Positions 19,342-28,464 of a stretch of 64,000 nucleotides of DNA are shown piece by piece. How positions within the stretch are numbered: position 1 is the stretch's first letter; each line of letters opens with the position of its first letter. The position numbers and the translations under genes were made by a program. The DNA is taken from assembly GCA_045627525.1 (NCBI GenBank), contig JAZQNW010000011.1:4549-68548 (forward strand). The letters are read 5' to 3'. Origin of the DNA: Bacilli bacterium (GTDB taxonomy: Bacteria > Bacillota_I > Bacilli_A > RF39 > UBA660). The notes under the pieces are model-generated. The model made no database searches, was not told the DNA's origin, and was given only the letters and a program-made list of their open reading frames with translations.

Positions 19342-22300
19342 ATGAAATTTAAAAAATTAGAAACAGGTACAAATGCAGAAGTAGAAGATGAATATGTAAA
19401 ATATTGGAATAAAGTAGATATTTTAAAAAGAAGTATTGAAACAAGAGAAGAAAATGATTTGTTTGTTTTCTATGATGGACCAGCAACAGCTAATGGTCAT
19501 CCTGGATTACATCATATGTTAGCTAAATTTTTGAAAGATACTTTTTGTAAATATAAAACCATGAAGGGATATCAAGTATACCGTAAAGTAGGTTGGGATA
19601 CTCATGGTTTACCAGTTGAATTACAAGTTGAAAAGGAATTAGGTTTTACTGGTAAAGGTGATATTGAAAAATATGGTATTTCAGAGTTTAATCAAAAATG
19701 TCGTGAAAATGTTTGGAAAAATGAAAAGTCTTTTTCAGATTTAACAGAAAAAATGGGTCAATTTATTGATTTAAAAAATCCATATGTTACTTATGATAAT
19801 AATTATATAGAAACTGAATGGTGGATTTTAAAGAAATTTTTTGACGAAGGACTATTCTATGAAGGAAGTAAAATTTTACCATATTGTCCTAGATGTGGTA
19901 CTGGTCTTGCTTCTCACGAAGTTGCTCAAGGATATAAAGAAATTCCTGTTAATTCAGTTTATGTTCCATTTAAAGCTAAGGGAATGGAAAATACATATTT
20001 CTTAGTATGGACTACAACTCCTTGGACATTAATTGCTAATTTAGCACTTTGTGTTAATCCTAATGAAAAATATATTAAGTGTTTATCTAAGGGATATAAT
20101 TTTATTGTTGCTGAAAGTTTAGCTAATGGTTTATTAGGTGATGACTATGAGGTTGTTGAAGAATATTTAGGTAAAGATTTAGAATATATGGAATATGAAC
20201 AATTTTTACCATTTATTAAAGTTAATAAAAAAGCATTTTATGTTACATGTGATAACTATGTAACAATGACTGATGGTACTGGTATTGTTCATATGGCTCC
20301 AGCATTTGGTGCTGATGATGCAGCTGTTTGTCAAAGATATGGTTTACCTTATTTAAATCCAGTAGGTGAAGATGGATGTTTTATGGAAGGTCCATGGAAA
20401 GGTAGACTTGTTGTTGATCCAGAACTTGAAATTGATATTGTTAAATATTTGGCAAAGAATGATTTGTTATTTAAAAAACAAAAAATAATGCATGATTATC
20501 CACATTGTTGGAGATGTAATACACCATTAATTTATTATTCAAAACCATCGTTCTATTTAGCTGTTACAAAAATTAAAGATACAATTGTTGAGGCTAATAA
20601 GAAAGTTAATTGGTATCCAGAATATGTTGGTGAAAAACGATTTGGTAACTGGCTAGATAATATGATTGATTGGGCTATTTCTAGAAGCCGTTATTGGGGT
20701 ACACCACTTCCTTTATGGAGATGTGAATGTGGTCATGATATTATGGTAGGATCTCGTGAAGAACTTTCTAAATTAGCAGAAGAAAAAGTAGATCCTAATA
20801 CTATTGATTTACATAGACCATATGTAGATGATATTCATATTAAATGTCCAAAATGTGGTAAATTAATGAACCGTGTTCCTGATGTAATTGATTGTTGGTT
20901 TGATTCTGGTTCTATGCCATTTGCACAATATCATTATCCATTTGAAAATCAAGATTTCTTTGAAAAACAATTCCCAGCTGATTTTATTTGTGAAGGCGTT
21001 GATCAAACTCGTGGTTGGTTCTATACATTACTTGTAATTTCTGCTTTTGTTAAAGGATGTAGTCCATATAAAAATGTATTAGTAAATGATTTGATACAAG
21101 ATGCTGAAGGTAAGAAGATGAGTAAATCTAAAGGTAATATTGTAGAACCATTTACAACAATAAAAAAATATGGAGCAGATGCAGTTAGATTTTATTTACC
21201 TTATGTTTCTCCAGTTTGGACACCTTTAAAGTTTGACGAAGAAGGTTTAAAAGAAATTTATTCTAAATATGTTTCAACATTTAAAAATGCATATTCATTC
21301 TTTGAAATGTATGCAAATGCTGATAATATTGATCCTAGAAAATATGATATTCCAGTAAAAGATAGAGAATTAATTGATAGATGGATGATATCTAAATTAA
21401 ATAAATTAGTTAAAAATGTAACAGTTGCTTATGAGGAATATGATTTAAATAAAGTTGCTAGAATGATAGTTCCATTCTTAAATGATGACTTATCTAATTG
21501 GTATATCCGTAGTAATAGAAGAAGATTCTGGGATAGTGAGTTGACAGAATCTAAGAAAGCTGTTTATTTGACTACATATGAAGTTTTATTAACATTATCT
21601 AAATTATGTGCTCCAATTACTCCTTTTATTACAGAAGAAATTTATCAAAAATTAACTGGTGAAGAATCAGTTCATTTAGCTGAATTCCCTGTAGAAGTTG
21701 AAGAATTAATAGATGAAGTTATTGAAGAAAGAATGGATTTAGTAAGAGATATTTGTTCTTTAGGTAGATTTGCTAGAGAAGAGGCTAATATTAAAGTACG
21801 TCAACCAATTAGTAGTTTAATTTTACCAAAGAGTGATGAGGCTGTTATTGGAGATTTGGTTGGTGTTATTAAAGAAGAATTAAATGTTAAAAATGTTGAA
21901 TTTAAGCAAGATATGAGTCAATATCTTGAATATACTGTAAAACCTAATTTTAAAGTTTTAGGTAAAACAATGGGTCCTAGAATTAAATTATTACAAGAAG
22001 TTCTTGCTGGTTTGAGTAGTAAGGATGTTAATAAGATTCAAGAAGAAGGTTTAGTTATTTCACTTGGTGGAGATGATTATACATTAACTGAAGATATGGT
22101 ATTAATTTCTTTAAAACAAAAAGAAGGCTATGCATCAAGTAGTAATAATCGTACTTGTGTAGTTTTAAATACAGAACTTACTGAAGATTTAATTTTAGAA
22201 GGGTTAGCAAGAGAATTTGTAAGAAAAGTTCAAAGTTTGAGAAAAGATAGTGATTTTGTAATTACTGATCATATTAAGGTTTATTATAAAGGTACTGATG

Positions 22301-22440
22301 CAATTAATAAAATGTTAAAAGTACATTATGATTATGTAATGGGTGAAATCCTTGGCGATGAATTGATAGAAGATGATTCGTTAACAGAAGAATATGAATT
22401 AAACGATGAAAAAGCTTATATTAAAGTTGAGAGAATTTAA
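19342..22440 (+). CDS. ileS: Isoleucine--tRNA ligase, type 2 (IleRS2)
   Basis: DGPATANG-HPGLHH, GWDTHGLP, WTTTPWTL, KMSKS; ~1030 aa with IleRS2-type C-terminus lacking the type-1 Zn motif. Confidence 0.96.
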   Translation: MKFKKLETGTNAEVEDEYVKYWNKVDILKRSIETREENDLFVFYDGPATANGHPGLHHMLAKFLKDTFCKYKTMKGYQVYRKVGWDTHGLPVELQVEKELGFTGKGDIEKYGISEFNQKCRENVWKNEKSFSDLTEKMGQFIDLKNPYVTYDNNYIETEWWILKKFFDEGLFYEGSKILPYCPRCGTGLASHEVAQGYKEIPVNSVYVPFKAKGMENTYFLVWTTTPWTLIANLALCVNPNEKYIKCLSKGYNFIVAESLANGLLGDDYEVVEEYLGKDLEYMEYEQFLPFIKVNKKAFYVTCDNYVTMTDGTGIVHMAPAFGADDAAVCQRYGLPYLNPVGEDGCFMEGPWKGRLVVDPELEIDIVKYLAKNDLLFKKQKIMHDYPHCWRCNTPLIYYSKPSFYLAVTKIKDTIVEANKKVNWYPEYVGEKRFGNWLDNMIDWAISRSRYWGTPLPLWRCECGHDIMVGSREELSKLAEEKVDPNTIDLHRPYVDDIHIKCPKCGKLMNRVPDVIDCWFDSGSMPFAQYHYPFENQDFFEKQFPADFICEGVDQTRGWFYTLLVISAFVKGCSPYKNVLVNDLIQDAEGKKMSKSKGNIVEPFTTIKKYGADAVRFYLPYVSPVWTPLKFDEEGLKEIYSKYVSTFKNAYSFFEMYANADNIDPRKYDIPVKDRELIDRWMISKLNKLVKNVTVAYEEYDLNKVARMIVPFLNDDLSNWYIRSNRRRFWDSELTESKKAVYLTTYEVLLTLSKLCAPITPFITEEIYQKLTGEESVHLAEFPVEVEELIDEVIEERMDLVRDICSLGRFAREEANIKVRQPISSLILPKSDEAVIGDLVGVIKEELNVKNVEFKQDMSQYLEYTVKPNFKVLGKTMGPRIKLLQEVLAGLSSKDVNKIQEEGLVISLGGDDYTLTEDMVLISLKQKEGYASSSNNRTCVVLNTELTEDLILEGLAREFVRKVQSLRKDSDFVITDHIKVYYKGTDAINKMLKVHYDYVMGEILGDELIEDDSLTEEYELNDEKAYIKVERI

Positions 22441-22514
22441 TTAAAATTCTCTCTTTTAATTTAGTAAATACTAGAATAAAAAAATTTTTTATAGTAAAAT
22501 ATAATTAATATAGG

Positions 22515-22955
22515 TTGGTGATAATAGTGAGAAATCCTGAGGTAATTGAATTTAGAAATAGAATATTATTATCGTTATTTTTAATATTAGTAATATCAAT
22601 AATAATTATTTTCTTTGTAATTAATCGATTTGGTGGTAATAAGTCAGATTTTTTGAAAGTTTTATATAATGATGATACAGCTCTTGTTTTACTATTAGAT
22701 TCAAAAAATTGTGATTATTGTAGCAATGTAAAAAAAATTTTAGATGAAAGAAATTTGAAATATATTATATATGATACTTATAAAGAACAAGATGAAGATG
22801 CTGTTTTTTTTAAATTAGAAATCAGTCAAAATAAGATATTGTTGCCAGCACTTATTTATGTTGAAAATGGTAAAATGAGGTATAGTATTGATAATATAAA
22901 TGATGATGAGATAGTTAATAATTTTTTGGATAGTTTAAGTTCAAATATAGAATAA
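22515..22955 (+). CDS. Membrane-anchored thioredoxin/glutaredoxin-like protein
   Basis: N-terminal TM, CDYC motif, cis-Pro LPAL; start may be GTG 22527. Confidence 0.7.
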   Translation: MVIIVRNPEVIEFRNRILLSLFLILVISIIIIFFVINRFGGNKSDFLKVLYNDDTALVLLLDSKNCDYCSNVKKILDERNLKYIIYDTYKEQDEDAVFFKLEISQNKILLPALIYVENGKMRYSIDNINDDEIVNNFLDSLSSNIE

Positions 22956-22968
22956 TGGAGTTGAGTTT

Positions 22969-23712
22969 ATGGGAAAATATGTAGCATTAGTAACAGGTAG
23001 TAATAGGGGAATAGGAAAAAGTATAGTAATAGAGTTAGCTAAAGCCGGTGTTAATGTTGTTATTAATTATTGTCATCATGAAGAAGAGGCTTTAGAACTT
23101 GAAAAATTTATTATAGATAATTATAATGTAGGAGTTATGTGTATTAAGTGTGATATTTCAAAAGAGGATGAAGTAGAAAATATGGTTAATAGTATTGTTG
23201 ATCATTTTGGAACTATTGATATTTTGATTAATAATGCTAGCGTGTGTAGAGATAATTTATTACTTGATAAATCTATAAAAGAATTTAAGAGAGTTTTGGA
23301 TGTTAATTTAATTGGAACGTATTTATGTAGTAGATATGTTGGAAAAGTCATGTTAGAAAATAAGAAGGGGAAGATAATTAATATTTCATCAACTAATGCT
23401 ATAGATACATATTATCCTGAAAGTTGTGATTATGATGCATCTAAAGCAGGTGTTATTTCATTAACTCATAATCTAGCAAGAGAATTTGCTCCTTTCATTA
23501 CAGTTAATTGTATTTGTCCAGGATGGGTTAAAACAGATATGAATAAAGATTTATCAATAGATCAGATAACAGAAGAGAGAAAAAAAATATTGTTAGGAAG
23601 ATTTGCTGAGCCAAAGGAAATAGCTAATGTAGTATTGTTTTTAGTTAGTTCTAAATCTAATTATATTAATGATTCTATAATTAGAGTAGATGGTGGAAAA
23701 TATAATAATTAG
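22969..23712 (+). CDS. SDR oxidoreductase (FabG-like)
   Basis: TGSNRGIG, NNAS, YDASK, VNCICPG, RVDGG. Confidence 0.92.
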   Translation: MGKYVALVTGSNRGIGKSIVIELAKAGVNVVINYCHHEEEALELEKFIIDNYNVGVMCIKCDISKEDEVENMVNSIVDHFGTIDILINNASVCRDNLLLDKSIKEFKRVLDVNLIGTYLCSRYVGKVMLENKKGKIINISSTNAIDTYYPESCDYDASKAGVISLTHNLAREFAPFITVNCICPGWVKTDMNKDLSIDQITEERKKILLGRFAEPKEIANVVLFLVSSKSNYINDSIIRVDGGKYNN

Positions 23713-23721
23713 GGTGATTTT

Positions 23722-24969
23722 ATGTATAATAATTTAGGAATTTCGAATGATGTAGTTGAATTGGTAGATAAGTGTGAAGTGGATTGTTTAGAAGAATTTG
23801 CTAAAATTGATGAAGCTTGTATGTATAATAGTTTAAAAGTTTTAACAAGTTTTCATAAAAATAAAATAAATGAGTCACATTTTAATATGACTACTGGATA
23901 TGGTTATAATGATATAGGAAGAGAAGCAATAGAAGATGTTTTTAAAGATGTTTTGGGAGCTGAAGATGCTTTGGTTAGAAATCAATTTATTTCAGGTAGT
24001 CATGCTTTAACAGTTTGTTTATTTGGTTTACTTAGACCTGGTGATTTATTACTTAGTATTAGTGGAAAACCATATGATACTTTGGATGAAGTAATAGGTA
24101 TAAAAGATAATCCAAGTTCTTTAAAAAGCTTTGGGGTAGAATATAAAGAAATTGATTTAGTTGATAATGATTTTGATTATGTAAATATTGAGAAGTATTT
24201 GCATAAACATAAAGTTAAAGTTATTGCTATTCAAAGAAGCAAAGGCTATTCAACTAGAAAAAGTTTAGATTTGGTTAAACTTGGTAAAGTAATTAAGATG
24301 ATTAAAAAAGTTGATAAAGACATTATTGTAATGGTCGATAATTGCTATTGTGAATTTGTTTCTGAAAGTGAACCGCTTAGTGTTGGTGCTGACATAATTG
24401 TTGGTTCTTTAATTAAAAATTTAGGTGGTGGAATTGCTCCAAATGGTGCTTATATTGCAGGACGTCATGATTTGGTAAAATTGTGTGCTGAAAGGTTAAC
24501 TGTTCCTGGGTGTGGTAAAGAAGTAGGTCCAACTCTTGGAATTAATAAACAAATATTACAAGGTATATATATGGCACCTTCTGTTGTAGCATCATCTTTA
24601 AAAGTTGCGGTATTAACTAGCAGAGTCTTGGAAGAATTAGGTTATGAAGTTGAACCCAAGTATGATGAAGGAAGAGTAGATATAGTTCAAAATATTGTTT
24701 TTAATGATGCTAATAAATTAATAGAATTTACTAGAGGTATTCAAGAGGCTTCAGCAATTGATTCAAACGCAGTAGTTGAACCTTCTGAAATGCCAGGATA
24801 TGATAATCAAATTATTATGGCTAGTGGTTCTTTTACTCAAGGGTCTTCGATAGAACTTTCATGTGATGGTCCAATAAGAGAACCATATATTGCATATATG
24901 CAGGGTTCATTAACTTATCCATATGGTAAACTTGGACTAATGAAAGCTGTAAGTAAAATTATTAAATAG
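23722..24969 (+). CDS. PLP-dependent YnbB / aluminium-resistance (methionine gamma-lyase family) protein
   Basis: TTGYGYND, SGSHA, DNCYCEF, GSLIKNLGGG (PLP Lys), FTQGSSIELSCDGP. Confidence 0.92.
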   Translation: MYNNLGISNDVVELVDKCEVDCLEEFAKIDEACMYNSLKVLTSFHKNKINESHFNMTTGYGYNDIGREAIEDVFKDVLGAEDALVRNQFISGSHALTVCLFGLLRPGDLLLSISGKPYDTLDEVIGIKDNPSSLKSFGVEYKEIDLVDNDFDYVNIEKYLHKHKVKVIAIQRSKGYSTRKSLDLVKLGKVIKMIKKVDKDIIVMVDNCYCEFVSESEPLSVGADIIVGSLIKNLGGGIAPNGAYIAGRHDLVKLCAERLTVPGCGKEVGPTLGINKQILQGIYMAPSVVASSLKVAVLTSRVLEELGYEVEPKYDEGRVDIVQNIVFNDANKLIEFTRGIQEASAIDSNAVVEPSEMPGYDNQIIMASGSFTQGSSIELSCDGPIREPYIAYMQGSLTYPYGKLGLMKAVSKIIK

Positions 24970-25028
24970 AATATTTTAGAATATTCTATTTTTTTTTTCA
25001 TATAGTTAATTAGAATAAGGAGGATGTT

Positions 25029-25523
25029 ATGAATAAGCAAAGTTTATGGTTTTTAACATTATTTAGTTTAATACTTGTACTTAGTGTCTATTATATTACT
25101 ATGCCTAATGATTTACTTAAATCCAGTGGAGAAGTTACAACAAAGCAAACTTTAACAAAAGAGAAAATTAAGGAGACATCTTCTTTAGTTGCTATGAGAG
25201 TCAGCTTAGAGGAAGAAAGACAGAGTAAAATGGATGCTATTCAAGAACAATTAACTAATAAGGATGTAAGTGGTGAAGAAAAAAATACATTATATGAACA
25301 ACTAAAATATTTAAATGAATTAGAAGGTAAAGAAGAAGGTATTGAAAAAAATATTAAAAAAGCTTATGGATTAGAATGTTTTGTAAAAATAGATAATAGT
25401 AATGTTAATGTTGTTTGTATTTCTAATAAACATGATGGAACTTTAGCTAATAATATAATGAGATTAGTTCAGCAAAATTATAAATCTAAAATGTATATAA
25501 CAGTTAAGTTTCAAAAAAGTTAG
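25029..25523 (+). CDS. spoIIIAH: SpoIIIAH-like engulfment protein
   Basis: N-terminus KQSLWFLTLFSLILVLSVYY typical of SpoIIIAH; coiled coil and C-terminal ring-building motif. Confidence 0.85.
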   Translation: MNKQSLWFLTLFSLILVLSVYYITMPNDLLKSSGEVTTKQTLTKEKIKETSSLVAMRVSLEEERQSKMDAIQEQLTNKDVSGEEKNTLYEQLKYLNELEGKEEGIEKNIKKAYGLECFVKIDNSNVNVVCISNKHDGTLANNIMRLVQQNYKSKMYITVKFQKS

Positions 25524-25581
25524 GTAAATATCTTTCAACAAATTAGCTATTTTTCATAGAATATCTTAGGTGATGATAAAA

Positions 25582-25788
25582 ATGGCTAATACAATATTAA
25601 CAGCTAGGGAGAGAAAAGTCTTTGAGCTTTTGATAAATAATAAAAGTACTAAAGAAATAGCTAATGAATTAGGAATTAGTGAAAAAACAGTAAGAAATCA
25701 TATCTCTAATGTTATGCAAAAACTTGGCGTAAATGGTAGAGCTGGTGCTGTAGTTGAATTATTAAAACTTAAAGAATTGTCATTATAA
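25582..25788 (+). CDS. gerE: Sporulation transcription factor GerE (stand-alone LuxR HTH)
   Basis: LTARERKVFELL..KSTKEIANELGISEKTVRNHISNVMQKLGV.GR..AVVELL closely matches GerE; adjacent to gerM. Confidence 0.88.
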   Translation: MANTILTARERKVFELLINNKSTKEIANELGISEKTVRNHISNVMQKLGVNGRAGAVVELLKLKELSL

Positions 25789-25835
25789 TCGTGCTAAATT
25801 AGCACGATTTTTCATATATATTTATAGGTGATAAA

Positions 25836-26780
25836 ATGTTAAGAACTAGAGCAATAAAAAAGATATTTAAAACTACTTTAATGATATTTATACTTATAGT
25901 TGCTGTTAGTTTTTATAATGTAGAAACTGTACCAGTATTAAAAACTGATTTAGAAATTGAAGAGATTAATAAATTGAATATTTCTAGTATTTATTTATTA
26001 AATAGTGATAATTATTTAGTAAAGAGTACTACATTAATAAAAGATGTTTCAAAGAAAGAAAATATAAATAATATCATAAATAGTTTAAAAGTTAATAGTA
26101 ATGATTTACCTAATGGATTAAAAGGCATAATTCCAGAAAAAACGGTTGTAAAAGAAATAATAATAGGTAATGATTTAATAACTATTGATTTTTCTAAGGA
26201 ATTACTAAATATTTCTTTAGAATTAGAAAAACAAATGATTCAGTCAATTGTTTATAGTATAATAGATTGTACAAATGCCAAGGGAGTTAGTATATTAGTA
26301 GAAGGTGAAAGCTTATTAAAATATCCAATAAGTGGAGAAAAATTAAATCCTGTTTTGGATAAAAGTATTGGAATAAATAATAGTTTTAATTTAACATCAA
26401 GGGATAATATTTCAAAAGTAGTTATATATTATTTAGAAGATATAAATAATAGTCTTTACTATGTTCCTGTTACTAAATATATTAATGATGATAGGGAAAA
26501 AATAAAGATAATAGTTGAAGAATTATCGTCTAGCTATATTTATGAGAGTAATTTGATGAGTTTTTTAAATAATAATGTTGAATTATTAAATTATAATGAG
26601 GAAAATGGTGTAATGATATTAAACTTTAATGACTATTTATTTGATGGTAATGATAAAGTATTAGAAGAGGTTATTTATAGTTTGGCTTATTCAGTATTTG
26701 ATAATTATGATGTATCTATGGTTATGTTTGAAGTTAATTCTAACAATATTAAATATGTTAAATTAGAAGACTTAGATTGA
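25836..26780 (+). CDS. gerM: GerMN-domain sporulation protein (GerM-like)
   Basis: N-terminal anchor, two GerMN repeats (YLLNSDNYLV, YYVPVT); upstream of tRNA-Arg as in Bacillus. Confidence 0.8.
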   Translation: MLRTRAIKKIFKTTLMIFILIVAVSFYNVETVPVLKTDLEIEEINKLNISSIYLLNSDNYLVKSTTLIKDVSKKENINNIINSLKVNSNDLPNGLKGIIPEKTVVKEIIIGNDLITIDFSKELLNISLELEKQMIQSIVYSIIDCTNAKGVSILVEGESLLKYPISGEKLNPVLDKSIGINNSFNLTSRDNISKVVIYYLEDINNSLYYVPVTKYINDDREKIKIIVEELSSSYIYESNLMSFLNNNVELLNYNEENGVMILNFNDYLFDGNDKVLEEVIYSLAYSVFDNYDVSMVMFEVNSNNIKYVKLEDLD

Positions 26781-26798
26781 AAAAATTTTAAAAAGCAC

Positions 26799-26827
26799 TT
26801 GCAAGAAAAGTGCTTTTATTGTATAAT
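26799..26827 (+). promoter_or_regulatory. Sigma-A promoter of tRNA-Arg, overlapping the gerM terminator hairpin
   Basis: TTGCAA(26799-26804)-17 nt-TATAAT(26822-26827); hairpin AAAAGCACTT/AAGTGCTTTT at 26791-26817. Confidence 0.7.
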
Positions 26828-26848
26828 CTTAGTTGTCAGTTGTGATAT

Positions 26849-26925
26849 GTCTGCGTAGCTCAGCTGGATAGAGCAATCGCCTTCTAAGCGATCGGTCAGG
26901 CGTTCAAGTCGCCTCGCGGACACCA
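26849..26925 (+). tRNA. tRNA-Arg(TCT)
   Basis: Anticodon arm atcgc-ctTCTaa-gcgat, CCA end. Confidence 0.95.
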
Positions 26926-27008
26926 TTTTGACATAGAAAAGAAACTAATTTAGTTTCTTTTTTGTTTTGTTTTGATATAATTAATGTATCTATAATAGGG
27001 AGTGTAAT

Positions 27009-27356
27009 ATGTTTTTTGTTATTGGAATTATATCTTTTTATTTGTCTTTAGTTGGTTTTGCTAGTAAAGCTGGGCATCCTTTTTGGTATGGATTAATTCC
27101 AATTTTTAATTTAGCTATTTTTTTCTATGATATTGAAATCAATCCTATTTTATTGGTTTTATTTGGATTGGGTTTAATTTTTCTTCCAGATCCTATGATA
27201 TTAGTAACATGTATATACATATTTATGCCATTTTTAGTTTCTGAAGCTTATGGTAAGGGAATAGGATGGGGTATTGTTGGATTGTTTATGCCTTTTATTA
27301 TTTACCCAGTTATTGCTTATTTTATAGGTGAATATGCGTATAGTGTGGAGGCATAA
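27009..27356 (+). CDS. Small multi-pass membrane protein (DUF5684-like)
   Basis: SKAGHPFWYGLIPIFN and AYGKGIGWGIVGLFMPFI motifs; hydrophobic. Confidence 0.75.
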   Translation: MFFVIGIISFYLSLVGFASKAGHPFWYGLIPIFNLAIFFYDIEINPILLVLFGLGLIFLPDPMILVTCIYIFMPFLVSEAYGKGIGWGIVGLFMPFIIYPVIAYFIGEYAYSVEA

Positions 27357-27357
27357 T

Positions 27358-28245
27358 ATGAGATTTTTTAAAAATAAAAAAATGCTAACAATTCTTTTAT
27401 TAGTTTTAACTATTTTTATTTATTTGAAATATACAAGGAAAATAGAAGGAAATAATTTAATTAATAAAAATGATAAATTATATGTAAATAATTTATATAT
27501 GTCTGATGGCAGAATTTATAATAACTATTTGTCAAAATCAGAAAAGAAAATGTATGATAGGTTTATGGAATATATAGCAAAACATAAAATTAATGTAGAA
27601 GGAAGCCCTGAATCTTTTGGATGTAAAGATTTTAATGATTGTTTTTCATTATTTAGTAAAGCACATTATGCTATTTTAATAGATCATCCTGAACTGGTTG
27701 TTTATTCTAGTTTTAGTGTTATTTATGATGAAAATTTAAAGTTACGTTTTCAATATGCACTACCATTTAATTTTATGGGAGATATAGGAGAAGCTAGAAT
27801 TAATAGAATTATTGATGATATTAAAAAGAAAACTAAAAATATGTCTGATAAAGATAAAATTAGATATGTATACAATTGGATGGGAAGCAATGCTAAATAT
27901 GATTTGACTTTTACATATAATTCAAAGAATCAATCACTATATACTGTGTTCATGCATGGTACAGCTGTATGTGCAGGATTTGCTAAAGCTAGTCAAATAA
28001 TATTACAAAATATTGGTATTAAGTCATATATAGCAGTTGGTTCTAGTACTGGACCCCATATGTGGAATATAGTTGAATATAATGGCAAATATTATTATTT
28101 TGATTCTACTGTTGCAACATGTATTAAAGATAAAAAAAGTAAATATTATTATGACGGATTAAATCAAGAATATATGAATACGTATACTTTGGATAATCCT
28201 AAATGGTATCCAAAAATAGAAAAAGATAATCTTTTTGAAAGTTAA
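27358..28245 (+). CDS. Membrane-anchored transglutaminase-like (Cys-His-Asp) protein
   Basis: N-terminal TM; VCAGFAK, PHMWN, YYFDST triad. Confidence 0.85.
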   Translation: MRFFKNKKMLTILLLVLTIFIYLKYTRKIEGNNLINKNDKLYVNNLYMSDGRIYNNYLSKSEKKMYDRFMEYIAKHKINVEGSPESFGCKDFNDCFSLFSKAHYAILIDHPELVVYSSFSVIYDENLKLRFQYALPFNFMGDIGEARINRIIDDIKKKTKNMSDKDKIRYVYNWMGSNAKYDLTFTYNSKNQSLYTVFMHGTAVCAGFAKASQIILQNIGIKSYIAVGSSTGPHMWNIVEYNGKYYYFDSTVATCIKDKKSKYYYDGLNQEYMNTYTLDNPKWYPKIEKDNLFES

Positions 28246-28294
28246 TGATAGTAAATCTATTGTTTACATTTAATTGCTGTGATATTATATATAT

Positions 28295-28408
28295 GTAGGA
28301 AGTATATTTTAATCAAATATTTATTTCTCATATTAAAATATATTTTTTTAGAATAACGCGATCTAATCATTAATTCCTACAGAAGAACTTGAAAAAGTTC
28401 TTTTTTTT
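28295..28408 (+). ncRNA. Candidate structured small RNA or attenuator leader
   Basis: Promoter-like TTTACA-17-TATATA upstream; GTAGGAA(28295-28301) pairs with TTCCTAC(28374-28380); internal 11-bp hairpin; terminator AAGAACTT-GAAA-AAGTTCTT plus T-tract. Confidence 0.4.
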
Positions 28409-28464
28409 GTGGGATGAGTAATTTTTTTTAGAATAATTAAATAGGAAGTGATGAAAATAAGTCT

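Noticed and set aside
28295-28380. Fluoride, TPP or 6S identity for the candidate RNA
   Set aside because: Lacks the GGAGATGG/GATGA, CTGAGA/GAACCTGAT cores and is far shorter than 6S.
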